Below, in pieces: positions 54,752 to 64,000 of a DNA stretch of 64,000 bases (position 1 is the first letter of the stretch; each line of letters opens with the position of its first letter). The translations under genes were made by a program, and so were the position numbers. Source of the DNA: Prochlorococcus sp. AG-670-O17 (GTDB lineage: Bacteria > Cyanobacteriota > Cyanobacteriia > PCC-6307 > Cyanobiaceae); the NCBI GenBank assembly GCA_003211315.1, contig QCTC01000001.1, positions 43,739 to 107,738 on the forward strand. Reading direction: 5' to 3'. The notes beneath the pieces were generated by a model. It was not told the origin of the DNA. It saw only the letters and a list, made by a program, of their open reading frames with translations, and searched no databases.

Positions 54752-55068
54752 TAAATTCTATTATTCATTTTCCCATTGAATTGATTAATTTTTACTTTAA
54801 TCTCTTCTAATTCTTTTAAAACTTCACTTAAGCTTGGCTCTTGATTAGTTTCTGAATTATCAGTATTTTTATTCTTACTTACTTCATTTTCCATTCTTGC
54901 AGCTTCTTCAATAATTGCCTCTTTTAAAGTATCGAACTCTTTTTTAATTTTTCCAGGGACATCTTGAGCGATGTTTGAAGCCTCTTCAATTTTTTCTACG
55001 ACTATTTCGTTTAATTTTTCAGTTACCTTTTTAATAGCGGCTTTCAAAAGATAATCAGAATTCGTCAT
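54751..55068 (-). CDS. Small helical/coiled-coil hypothetical protein coupled to the AarF kinase
   Basis: ATG start; stop overlaps the kinase start (TAATG); E/K-rich amphipathic helices. Confidence 0.75.
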   Translation of the reverse strand: MTNSDYLLKAAIKKVTEKLNEIVVEKIEEASNIAQDVPGKIKKEFDTLKEAIIEEAARMENEVSKNKNTDNSETNQEPSLSEVLKELEEIKVKINQFNGKMNNRI

Positions 55069-55320
55069 AAATGATGTTTAAAGCCTTTAAGTAATTCACA
55101 ACTTTCATTTGTTTAATAATAGATCAATTGAGAACAAATCAGGTAATTGATTTTTTTAATTTATCTATTCTCATTTTTCCTATGTAAGTTTGTATCTATA
55201 TTATGCTTTTTTCTTTTTTATCTCCTAACTTATATTTATGTAAAAAGGTTAGAAATTTAAATAGTATATTTTTCTAACTAAAAACTCATCTAATTATTGA
55301 TTAAAAGGAGTTTTATTAAA

Positions 55321-56277
55321 TTGGAAATTATTGAGACAGATGTTGCAATTATTGGCGGTGGTCCAGCTGGGTGTACCTGTGCGTTGTATACATCTCGTTC
55401 TAACTTAAACACTGTCATAATTGATAAAAATCCATCTGTTGGAGCTTTAGCAATAACTCATCAAATTGCAAATTACCCAGGAGTTCCTGTAGATATTAGT
55501 GGCGAAAAATTGCTTACATTAATGAGAGAACAAGCTATTCAGTATGGAACTGATTATAGAAGAGCCCAAGTTTTTGGTATTGATGTGGCAGAAGATTGGA
55601 AGACTGTTTATACGCCGGAAGGGACTTTTAAAGCTAAAGCACTCGTACTTGCAAGTGGAGCTATGGGTAGACCTGCTTCTTTTAAAGGTGAAGCAGATTT
55701 CTTAGGAAAGGGTGTAAGTTATTGTGCAACCTGTGATGGTGCTTTTTATAAAAATAGAGAAGTTGCAGTTGTGGGGGCCAATAAAGAGGCAATTGAGGAG
55801 GCTACTGTCCTTACTAAATTTGCTTCAACTGTACATTGGATTACATCGAGTGATCCAAAGCCAGATAATGAGGAAGCTATGGAATTAATGGATAGCTCTA
55901 ATATTAAACATTGGAGCAGAACAAGATTATTAGAAATAATTGGAAATGATATGGGAGTAAATGGGGTTGTTGTTAAGAACAAGCAAGAAGAGGGACCTAT
56001 CAATCTTGATTTAGATGGAGTATTTGTTTACATGAGTGGTTCGAAACCTATTACTGATTTTTTAGGAGATCAAATTGCTTTAAAGGAAGATGGGGGAGTA
56101 ATTGTTGATGATTTTATGTCTACAAATTCAGATGGTGTATGGGCTATTGGTGACATAAGAAATACACCTTTCAAGCAGGCCGTTGTCGCAGCATCAGATG
56201 GGTGTATAGCAGCCATGTCTATTGACCGCTATCTAAATAGTAGAAAAAATATAAGAGTAGATTGGATACATTCTTGA
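55321..56277 (+). CDS. Flavin thioredoxin reductase lacking NADPH-binding motifs (DTR/FFTR type)
   Basis: GGGPAG, ANYPG, GVSYCATCDG, AIGD..QAVVAASDG; TTG 55321 follows AGGAG (55306-55310); C-terminal VDW tail. Confidence 0.85.
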   Translation: MEIIETDVAIIGGGPAGCTCALYTSRSNLNTVIIDKNPSVGALAITHQIANYPGVPVDISGEKLLTLMREQAIQYGTDYRRAQVFGIDVAEDWKTVYTPEGTFKAKALVLASGAMGRPASFKGEADFLGKGVSYCATCDGAFYKNREVAVVGANKEAIEEATVLTKFASTVHWITSSDPKPDNEEAMELMDSSNIKHWSRTRLLEIIGNDMGVNGVVVKNKQEEGPINLDLDGVFVYMSGSKPITDFLGDQIALKEDGGVIVDDFMSTNSDGVWAIGDIRNTPFKQAVVAASDGCIAAMSIDRYLNSRKNIRVDWIHS

Positions 56278-56299
56278 AGAGCTTATAAATTAAACAATT

Positions 56300-56581
56300 T
56301 TACAAAGGCGTTGCTTCTGAAATATAAGCTACTCCACCGTAATAACTTAGATCAGACTTGATATTTTCACGCATTTTATCAATTAAATCTTGTTCACAAA
56401 AAACTATAACGTGAGCATTAGAACCAAATCCAGTAAACTCCATATCTTCTGTAACAACTCTTTCTGGACCTCTACCTGTTGCATGTTTCATTATGGTGTA
56501 CCCAGGTACATTGGCTTTTTCTAATGTATTGATTATTGCATCAAGTTCTCTTTCACTAAAAATTAAATCTAATCTTTTCAT
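56300..56581 (-). CDS. sbtB: PII-like regulator of SbtA
   Basis: MKRLDLIF, GYT....GRG, YYGGVAYISE PII-like pattern; directly downstream of sbtA. Confidence 0.85.
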   Translation of the reverse strand: MKRLDLIFSERELDAIINTLEKANVPGYTIMKHATGRGPERVVTEDMEFTGFGSNAHVIVFCEQDLIDKMRENIKSDLSYYGGVAYISEATPL

Positions 56582-56584
56582 TTT

Positions 56585-57583
56585 TTACTGTGGGGAAAGT
56601 GGAATAATTGTTTTTACTAAACTCATATAAATTGGAATGCCTATTATTATATTAAAAGGAAAAGTTAAACCTAAAGTTGTAGATATATAGTAACTTGATC
56701 TTGCTTCTGGAACAGTCATCCTCATTGCTGCCGGCACTGCTAAATACGAGGCACTTGCACATAAAACCACAAATAAAAGTGCGTTTCCAGTCCCAAGAGA
56801 TAAAAGTCTTGCAACGAAAACACCTATTAAAGCATTAAATAATGGCATGAAGATTGCAAATCCAATTAAAAATGAACCAGCAGTTTTTAGTCTAGGTAAT
56901 CTTTGAGCTGCAACTATTCCCATGTCTAAAAGGAAAAAGCATTCTGCTCCATAGAATAATTGTCCAGTAAAAGGTTCCATTTTTTGAATGCCTGAAGGAT
57001 TACTGAAAGCAGTAAGAAAACCGACAATTAAACTAGATAGTAATAAATATACTGATCCATTTAAAAGAGACTCATGCAATATTGAACTAATATGCATTTT
57101 TCTTGAATTGGGTCTATTTTTGGGTGCCGCAAATTTTACTAGTAATAAGCCTACAATTATTGCAGGAGATTCCATTAAAGCTAGAGCTCCAACCATGAAT
57201 CCATCGAAATCTATGCTTTGACTCTCTAAGAAACTCTCTGCTGAGATAAACGTTACAGCGCTAATAGAGCCATATGCTGCGGCAATGGCTGCTGAGTTGA
57301 AAACATCAAACTTGCACCTTAAAACAAAGAATCCAATTAGTGGAATTATTAATGACATCAGTATTGCTGCACCTAGTGTTGGTAAAACCTGATCATTAAA
57401 ACCACTTTTCTGAATTTCTATACCCCCTTTAAAACCAATAGCCAAAAGTAAATATAAGGAAAAAAGTTTAGGTAAAGGAGCAGGTATTTCTAAATCAGAT
57501 TTAAAAATTACAGAAATTGCTCCAATTAGAAAGAAAAGTACTGGTGGAGCTAATATATTTTGCAGTATTGGATTTATTTCCAT
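56585..57583 (-). CDS. sbtA: Sodium-dependent bicarbonate transporter
   Basis: KSDLEIP, AIGFKGG, YGSISAVTF, LMESPAI, ASASYLAVPAAMR, GLTFPFN. Confidence 0.92.
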   Translation of the reverse strand: MEINPILQNILAPPVLFFLIGAISVIFKSDLEIPAPLPKLFSLYLLLAIGFKGGIEIQKSGFNDQVLPTLGAAILMSLIIPLIGFFVLRCKFDVFNSAAIAAAYGSISAVTFISAESFLESQSIDFDGFMVGALALMESPAIIVGLLLVKFAAPKNRPNSRKMHISSILHESLLNGSVYLLLSSLIVGFLTAFSNPSGIQKMEPFTGQLFYGAECFFLLDMGIVAAQRLPRLKTAGSFLIGFAIFMPLFNALIGVFVARLLSLGTGNALLFVVLCASASYLAVPAAMRMTVPEARSSYYISTTLGLTFPFNIIIGIPIYMSLVKTIIPLSPQ

Positions 57584-57589
57584 AGATTA

Positions 57590-59239
57590 CTAGGCTAATT
57601 CATTTAAAGCAGCCTCTAATGCTTCTTTCCTTGTCTCAATGATGCCATCAACACCAAATTTTGATAATCTTTCTTTAACTTTTGCATTAGCTCCAGCTAC
57701 AAAGGCTTTTCTAGAATTATTTTTTGCTTCTTGCATCATATCTTCAATTGCAAGTGTAGCTGTGACTCCAAGTCTAGGGACATCAGTAATATCTAAGATT
57801 AAAATTTTGTAGTTTCTTACTAACATCATTCTCTCAGTAATACCTTTTGCTGCACCAAAACTTAGTGGGCCTTTTAGTCTAAATAGCATTACTTCTCCAG
57901 AACATCTGTCAAGAAGAGCTTTTTCATCAGAGGGTAAAAGATTTTTACTTTGCTCATTGGATAAAGGATTATCCTGATCCATGCCTTCTAATTGCGTTTC
58001 AGTAATTGAATCAATAGTTAGCATATTGGCAATAAATACTCCCACTAATACTGCCCATATTAAATCCCAAAAAACTGTCATTAGTAATACACCATACATA
58101 ACAACTGCAGTTTTAAGAGATAATTTGTGAGCTCTTCTCAAGAATCCCCAGTCAATAATATCCAAACCTACTTTGATAAGAATTCCTGCTAAAAGAGCTG
58201 TAGGTATTTGCTCTGCTAATGGTCCAGCACCTACTAAAACTATTAATAGAACTATTGAATGAACCATTCCTGAAATAGGAGTAGAGCCTCCAGATTTGAC
58301 GTTTATAACAGTTCTCATTGTTGCCCCAGCTCCAGGTAAACCTGAAAATAGTCCAGCTATAGCATTTCCTATTCCCTGGCCAATTAATTCTCTATCAGAA
58401 TTATGTCTTGTTTGAGAAATATTATCTGCAACGAGAGAGGTCAGTAAAGAGTCAATAGCTCCAAGAACTGCCAGAACTAAGCCGGCTTTGAAAATAATAG
58501 GAAAGTATTGATTAAAGCTTGGAAAACTTAGAGATGGCACTCCTCTAGGAATTTCACCAATTCTGTCTAAAGCACCATCTCCAAAAATCAAAATTGATAG
58601 TGGGGTAACTATTAATAGGGCTAAAAGAGGGGAGGGTACCCATTGACTAATTTTTCTAGGTGTTAGAAATACTATCCCTAGTGTCATTATTGCCACACCA
58701 ATAGCAGCTCCATTCGGCTGGAAATTAGAAAAAACAGTCGATAAAGACTCGACTACGCCTCCTCGAGTGCTTATTCCTAATAGTGGGCCAATCTGAAGAG
58801 CAATGATTATTACCCCTATTCCAGACATAAATCCCGAGACTACAGAATATGGAACAAGCGTTATATATTTACCAAGCTTTAAAATTCCAAATAATATTTG
58901 TAATAATCCTCCAATTACTACTGCAGCCATGACTAAAGGTAAAATTTGGCCTGCTGAAAGATCTCTTGGTACACCAACAGCTGCTAAACCTGCTACGACC
59001 CCTGCCACTGTAACGCTCATTGGACCAGTTGGACCGCTAACTTGAGCGGGGGTGCCCCCAAATAAAGCTGCTAAAAAACCAACGACAACAGCTCCATATA
59101 AACCGTAAATTGCACCACCAGGTCCTAAGGCTGCGTTTCCAAAAGCAAGTGCAAGAGGTAAAGCTACTACTGCAGCAGTTATTCCTCCTAAAATGTCACC
59201 CCTTATATTTTTAAGATTAAATCCATTAATTATTTCCAA
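57590..59239 (-). CDS. bicA: SulP/SLC26 anion transporter, BicA-type bicarbonate transporter
   Basis: GDILGGITAAVVALPLALAFG, SGPTGP, IDSLLT, GAGATMRT, STAS domain; TTG start with AAGGAG SD; co-oriented with sbtA-sbtB. Confidence 0.85.
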   Translation of the reverse strand: MEIINGFNLKNIRGDILGGITAAVVALPLALAFGNAALGPGGAIYGLYGAVVVGFLAALFGGTPAQVSGPTGPMSVTVAGVVAGLAAVGVPRDLSAGQILPLVMAAVVIGGLLQILFGILKLGKYITLVPYSVVSGFMSGIGVIIIALQIGPLLGISTRGGVVESLSTVFSNFQPNGAAIGVAIMTLGIVFLTPRKISQWVPSPLLALLIVTPLSILIFGDGALDRIGEIPRGVPSLSFPSFNQYFPIIFKAGLVLAVLGAIDSLLTSLVADNISQTRHNSDRELIGQGIGNAIAGLFSGLPGAGATMRTVINVKSGGSTPISGMVHSIVLLIVLVGAGPLAEQIPTALLAGILIKVGLDIIDWGFLRRAHKLSLKTAVVMYGVLLMTVFWDLIWAVLVGVFIANMLTIDSITETQLEGMDQDNPLSNEQSKNLLPSDEKALLDRCSGEVMLFRLKGPLSFGAAKGITERMMLVRNYKILILDITDVPRLGVTATLAIEDMMQEAKNNSRKAFVAGANAKVKERLSKFGVDGIIETRKEALEAALNELA

Positions 59240-59467
59240 AGAAAATCTCCTTAAATAAATACATTAACTAAAAGATATTATCTCTTTATGTCCAAAATTT
59301 GTTAAAAAATTAAATTTGTGCAAAATATATCAACAACTTTTAAAATAAGTTTTTGAGTATATTAAGTTAACTTTCCTGAACAAAAAAGGGTTTTGATTAT
59401 TTATTAAGGAAGTTAAGAGACTATCGTATTAGATAAATAATTATTTTTATAACTTCAAAATATTCAA

Positions 59468-60469
59468 ATGAATTTGATCATTCGCCCAAGAAGATTAAGA
59501 AGGACAGAAGCAATAAGAGAGATGGTAAGAGAAACTCATCTGCATCCTGAAGATTTTATATATCCATTATTTATTCACGAAAAGGATTTTCAAGAGGAAA
59601 TATCTGCAATGCCGGGTATTTATAGATGGGACATGAATGGATTAATACAGGAAGTTTCTAGAGCTTGGGAATTAGGTATTAGATGTATTGTACTTTTTCC
59701 AAAAATTGACGACAATTTAAAAACAGAAGATGGATCAGAATGTTTCAATGAAGCTGGTTTAATCCCAAAGGCTATTCAAATGTTAAAAAAAGAGATACCT
59801 GAGATGGCAATTATGACTGACGTTGCATTAGATCCCTATTCATGTGATGGACATGATGGCTTGGTTGATGACAATGGAAAAATATTGAATGATGAAACTA
59901 TTGAGATTCTTAAAAAACAGGCTATTACGCAAGCAAGAGCGGGAGCAGATTTTATTGGTCCAAGCGACATGATGGATGGGAGAGTTGGAGCTATAAGGAC
60001 CGCTTTGGATATTGAGGGTTTTAGCGATGTGGGAATTATTAGCTATACCGCAAAATTTTCATCTGCTTATTATGGACCTTTTAGAACAGCTTTAGATTCT
60101 GCCCCGAAAAAGAATAATAGGAAAATAATTCCAGATAATAAATCAACGTATCAAATGGATCCTGCTAATGCGAAGGAGGCTTTAATTGAATCAGCATTAG
60201 ATCAATATGAGGGAGCAGATATTTTGATGGTTAAACCTGGCGTCTCTTATCTAGACATAGTTTATAGGCTGAGTCATTTTTCAAATAAACCAATAGCTGC
60301 TTATAATGTGAGTGGAGAATATTCAATGGTAAAGGCTGCTGCTATGAAAAATTGGATTAATGAAAAGGATATTGTTTTAGAAACATTGCTTAGTTTCAAA
60401 AGAGCAGGGGCAAAATTAATACTCACATATCATGCTTGTGATGCATCAAAATGGTTGAATGAGAAGTAA
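59468..60469 (+). CDS. hemB: Porphobilinogen synthase (ALA dehydratase)
   Basis: RPRRLR, DVALDPYSCDGHDG, PSDMMDGRV, YGPFR, MVKPG, AYNVSGEY. Confidence 0.98.
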   Translation: MNLIIRPRRLRRTEAIREMVRETHLHPEDFIYPLFIHEKDFQEEISAMPGIYRWDMNGLIQEVSRAWELGIRCIVLFPKIDDNLKTEDGSECFNEAGLIPKAIQMLKKEIPEMAIMTDVALDPYSCDGHDGLVDDNGKILNDETIEILKKQAITQARAGADFIGPSDMMDGRVGAIRTALDIEGFSDVGIISYTAKFSSAYYGPFRTALDSAPKKNNRKIIPDNKSTYQMDPANAKEALIESALDQYEGADILMVKPGVSYLDIVYRLSHFSNKPIAAYNVSGEYSMVKAAAMKNWINEKDIVLETLLSFKRAGAKLILTYHACDASKWLNEK

Positions 60470-60524
60470 AAACTCATTAAAATTAAAAATTTTGTTTATT
60501 CTTAAATAAATATTATTCATTATT

Positions 60525-60917
60525 TTGCTTTTAAAAAGTTCAAAAGGTGTCCAAAGAATCGGACATATTGCACTTAGAGTAGAAAATCTCGATAGAGCTA
60601 AGTCTTTTTATTTGAACTTAGGTATGCAATTAATTTGGGATGATAAAGATTGGTGCTATTTGGAGGCTGGTAAAGGAAAAGATGGACTTGCTTTATTAGG
60701 TCCTAGTTATAAAGCAGCTGGCCCACATTTTGCTTTTCATTTTGAAGAAAAAAATGAAGTGGAAAATATCTATTCAGATTTAAAAAAATCTGGAGTGAAA
60801 GTTGCACCTATTCATGAACATCGAGATGGAACAGCTTCTTTTTATATGCAAGACACCGAAGGTAACTGGCTTGAAATGCTTTATGTTCCTGCCGGTGGTA
60901 TTAAATCAAATATTTGA
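60525..60917 (+). CDS. VOC/glyoxalase-family protein
   Basis: IGHIALRV, FY..LG, HFAF, FYMQDTEGNWLE. Confidence 0.88.
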   Translation: MLLKSSKGVQRIGHIALRVENLDRAKSFYLNLGMQLIWDDKDWCYLEAGKGKDGLALLGPSYKAAGPHFAFHFEEKNEVENIYSDLKKSGVKVAPIHEHRDGTASFYMQDTEGNWLEMLYVPAGGIKSNI

Positions 60918-60930
60918 TTATTTCAATTGA

Positions 60931-63342
60931 ATGATAGAGAAAAATCATAATATAAATTCATCCGCTAATAGCTCACTTTTAGACGAATCTATAAGACTTT
61001 TAGAGTGGGACAATTTAAAAACTCAGCTCTCCTCTTTTGCCTCTACAAAAATGGGAGAAAATGCAATATTAGAGTTTGACATTCCTACTGATTATGAAAT
61101 TTCCAGAAGATTATTGCAAGAAACTATCGAAATAAATGAGTTAGAAAAGAACTTAGATAAATCGATTAGTTTTTCAGGTGTGTATGACATAAGTAAAAAT
61201 ATTGAGATTTGTTCAAAAGGAGGGGTTATTAATTCTTCTGAATTATTAGAAATAGCTGAAACAATATCTGCGGCAAAAGATTTAAAAAAAATACTTTTAG
61301 ATTTTGAGCAAAGACCTTTTATTTCTTCTTTTTTAAATCGTTTAATTGATCATAATCAGATTGAGAAAATTTTAAAAATTGGTATTGAATCAAATGGTAG
61401 AATTTCAGATCGAGCTAGTCAGAAATTAGCAAAACTTAGGCAAGAATTGTTATCTAAGAAATCAGAAAGAAGGATATTAGTAGATAAATTTATTCAAAAA
61501 AATACCAATTATATTCAAGATACTATTATTGGTGATAGATATGGGAGACCTGTTTTAGCTATTAAAGTACAATTTGCTGAGAAATTCAAAGGTATAATTC
61601 ATGATTCCTCTGCATCAGGAAATACCATATATTTGGAGCCAGAATCTATAGTATTTAAGGGTAATAAAATTGCTTCTATGGAAGCTAGAGTAGCAGGAGA
61701 AGAATTTAAATTATTAAAAGAATGGTCACAAATTATTCGTGATAATGATAAAAGCCTTATTGATATGTCAGAGATTCTACTGAAAACTGAGAATGCTCTA
61801 ACACGTTCAAGATATTCAAATTGGATTGGAGGTTATGCTCCAATTGTTGAAAATAATCCAATAGTTAATTTAATAGGTTTTTCGCACCCTCTTTTGATTT
61901 GGGAAAATAAAAAAAAAGAAGCTCCCAAGCCAGTATCAATAGATTTTCATATAAATAGAAATACTAAAGTAGTAGCTATAACCGGGCCGAATACTGGAGG
62001 TAAAACTGTTGCTTTAAAAGGCCTTGGAATAGCATTATTGATGGCTAGATCAGGATTATTTATTCCATCAATAAAAAATCCAATAATCCCTTTTTGTCCA
62101 AATATATTTGTGGATATTGGTGATGATCAATCCTTAGAGGGAAATTTATCTACCTTCAGTGGCCATATTTTGCGTATTAGAAATATTCTGGAATCTCTTA
62201 ATAATAAAAAGGGGCTATCAGTTGTTTTATTAGATGAAATAGGATCCGGGACAGATCCTTCTGAAGGTACCGCTCTTGCAATAGCGTTACTGAAAGAATT
62301 CGCAACCTTATCTGATATAACTCTAGCTACAACTCATTATGGTGACATAAAAGCTTTGAAATATAGTGACAATAGATTCGAAAATGTTTCAGTTGCTTTT
62401 GACGAAGAATCTTTCAAGCCAAAGTATACCCTGAATTGGGGAATACCTGGAAGAAGCAATGCCTTATCAATTTCAAGGAGAATTGGGATTGATGAAAAAA
62501 TACTTAATGAAGCTGCTAATTATTTAAAACCGAAAGAAGTTGAAAATATAAATAATATCATCAAAGGGCTAGAAGATGAGAGGATAAAGCAACAAAATTC
62601 GGCGGAAGAGGCTGCTGAACTTATAGCTAGAACCGAAATATTACATGATGAAATAAAGAATAATTATGAATTTCAAAAAATTAATGCTGAAAAAATTCAA
62701 GAAAGTGAAAGACAAAAATTATCTAAACATATTAGGGCAGCTAAAAAAGAGGTTATTAATTTGATTAAGAAATTAAAAGACCAAAATGCAAATGGAGAAG
62801 ATTCTAGATTAATTGGAATTAGGCTTAAAGAGATTGAGACGGAACATTTAACTCAAGCAAATATCAATAAAGAAATTTCTTGGACTCCTAAAATAGGAGA
62901 TTTTATAAAAATTAAAAGTTTAAATAGTACTGGTCAAATAGTAGATATAGATAAAAAAACTAGATCTTTCAAAGTTAAATGTGGATCATTTAGAAGTTCA
63001 TTATTAATTAATGAATTTGAAGGTCTTAATGGGGAAAAACCCAATTTCAATAACTCTAAAATTCAAATAAATTCTGTAAGAGAAGATTTTTCTTTTTCTA
63101 AAATTAGAACAAGTAAAAATACCATAGACGTTAGGGGTATGAGAGTTCATGAGGCAGAAATAATAATTGAGGAAAAAATTAGAAAGTTTCATGGTCCGCT
63201 TTGGATAGTTCATGGAATTGGAACTGGAAAATTAAAAAAAGGTTTACGTATTTGGTTATCTGGTTTGAATTATGTCGATAAAATTGAAGATGCAGCAACT
63301 AATGAAGGAGGTAGTGGTTGCAGTATTGCGTGGATAAAATAA
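60931..63342 (+). CDS. mutS2: MutS2 (Smr-domain endonuclease / ribosome collision factor)
   Basis: ITGPNTGGKT, LSTFSGH, LLDEIGSGTDP, ATTHY, GIPGRSNA; KOW-like and Smr (IVHGIGTGKL) domains. Confidence 0.95.
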   Translation: MIEKNHNINSSANSSLLDESIRLLEWDNLKTQLSSFASTKMGENAILEFDIPTDYEISRRLLQETIEINELEKNLDKSISFSGVYDISKNIEICSKGGVINSSELLEIAETISAAKDLKKILLDFEQRPFISSFLNRLIDHNQIEKILKIGIESNGRISDRASQKLAKLRQELLSKKSERRILVDKFIQKNTNYIQDTIIGDRYGRPVLAIKVQFAEKFKGIIHDSSASGNTIYLEPESIVFKGNKIASMEARVAGEEFKLLKEWSQIIRDNDKSLIDMSEILLKTENALTRSRYSNWIGGYAPIVENNPIVNLIGFSHPLLIWENKKKEAPKPVSIDFHINRNTKVVAITGPNTGGKTVALKGLGIALLMARSGLFIPSIKNPIIPFCPNIFVDIGDDQSLEGNLSTFSGHILRIRNILESLNNKKGLSVVLLDEIGSGTDPSEGTALAIALLKEFATLSDITLATTHYGDIKALKYSDNRFENVSVAFDEESFKPKYTLNWGIPGRSNALSISRRIGIDEKILNEAANYLKPKEVENINNIIKGLEDERIKQQNSAEEAAELIARTEILHDEIKNNYEFQKINAEKIQESERQKLSKHIRAAKKEVINLIKKLKDQNANGEDSRLIGIRLKEIETEHLTQANINKEISWTPKIGDFIKIKSLNSTGQIVDIDKKTRSFKVKCGSFRSSLLINEFEGLNGEKPNFNNSKIQINSVREDFSFSKIRTSKNTIDVRGMRVHEAEIIIEEKIRKFHGPLWIVHGIGTGKLKKGLRIWLSGLNYVDKIEDAATNEGGSGCSIAWIK

Positions 63343-63383
63343 AATCTGTAAGTATTTGTAAAAAGTCATTCAAAAATTTTTAA

Positions 63384-64000
63384 GTGCAATTTATTGATCA
63401 AGCAAATATTATTCTCAAAGCTGGTAAAGGCGGTAATGGAATCGTTTCATTTAGAAGAGAAAAATTTGTTCCAGCCGGTGGACCTTCAGGAGGTAATGGA
63501 GGAAAGGGTGGTTCAATAATCATTATCGCTGATAATAATCTTCAAACACTTTTAGATTTTAAATTTAATAGAGAAATATTTGCTAAAGATGGTTTCAAGG
63601 GAGGTCCAAACAAAAGATCTGGAGCTTCAGGGGAAAATACAATCCTAAAAGTTCCTTGTGGTACAGAAATTAGAGATTTTAATACTGGTATTATCTTGGG
63701 TGATTTAACTGAGGATAAGCAAAGTTTAACTATTGCGCATGGAGGGAGAGGCGGACATGGGAATGCTTATTATTTAAGTAATCAAAATAGGGCTCCGGAA
63801 TCTTTTACTGAGGGAAAAGAAGGAGAGAGATGGGAGGTTCAATTAGAATTAAAACTTCTTGCTGAAGTAGGTATTATAGGTCTTCCTAATGCTGGGAAGA
63901 GTACTTTAATTTCTGTTTTATCATCAGCAAGACCTAAAATCGCAAACTACCCTTTTACAACTTTGATACCTAATTTAGGTGTAGTAAGAAAAGCTGATGG
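63384..64000 (+). CDS. obgE: GTPase Obg (3'-truncated)
   Basis: Not in the ORF track. GTG 63384 reads [37 protein letters not shown]...[17 protein letters not shown]...[14 protein letters not shown] and runs off the window. Confidence 0.97.
   Translation, partial: MQFIDQANIILKAGKGGNGIVSFRREKFVPAGGPSGGNGGKGGSIIIIADNNLQTLLDFKFNREIFAKDGFKGGPNKRSGASGENTILKVPCGTEIRDFNTGIILGDLTEDKQSLTIAHGGRGGHGNAYYLSNQNRAPESFTEGKEGERWEVQLELKLLAEVGIIGLPNAGKSTLISVLSSARPKIANYPFTTLIPNLGVVRKAD

Noticed and set aside
59240-59467. LysR (RbcR/CcmR) boxes in the bicA/hemB divergent promoter
   Set aside because: T-N11-A-type matches are uninformative at this AT content; no distinctive palindrome found

Overview
64 kb of low-GC, streamlined marine picocyanobacterial core chromosome. 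Gene content, order and AT bias point to a high-light Prochlorococcus marinus. I support 68 densely packed CDSs, the first and last truncated by the window edges. They include metF, a PedR-type regulator, ndhA/I/G/E and ndhH, gltA, trpB, cysC, purE, chlM, Rre1/ycf29, a phylloquinone cluster (DHNA-CoA thioesterase, menE/C/A/F), gshB-grxC, frameshifted prfB, ybeY-dgkA-trpG, hisC-argS-nadC-mnmE, rel, rluD-rbgA, pgk, murG, pyrD-rnhA, secE-nusG-rplK/A/J/L, an atypical clpB, eno, an AarF kinase, a flavin thioredoxin reductase facing bicA-sbtA-sbtB, hemB, mutS2 and obgE. Cis-elements seen: the prfB +1 frameshift site, L10 and L1 leader RNAs, and a candidate NtcA promoter before pgk. I saw no tRNA, rRNA, CRISPR, IS, prophage or genomic island, and no clear-cut new multi-gene system. 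The best leads are core proteins with altered motifs: a ClpB lacking the D1 arginine fingers and DnaK-contact motif, a thioredoxin reductase without NADPH-binding motifs next to the bicarbonate uptake operon, a secreted MBL-fold pseudo-enzyme, YbeY lacking its conserved Arg, and RNase HI with an extra domain. A few small conserved partner genes of unknown function are also flagged. All calls come from reading motifs by eye; no database search was run.
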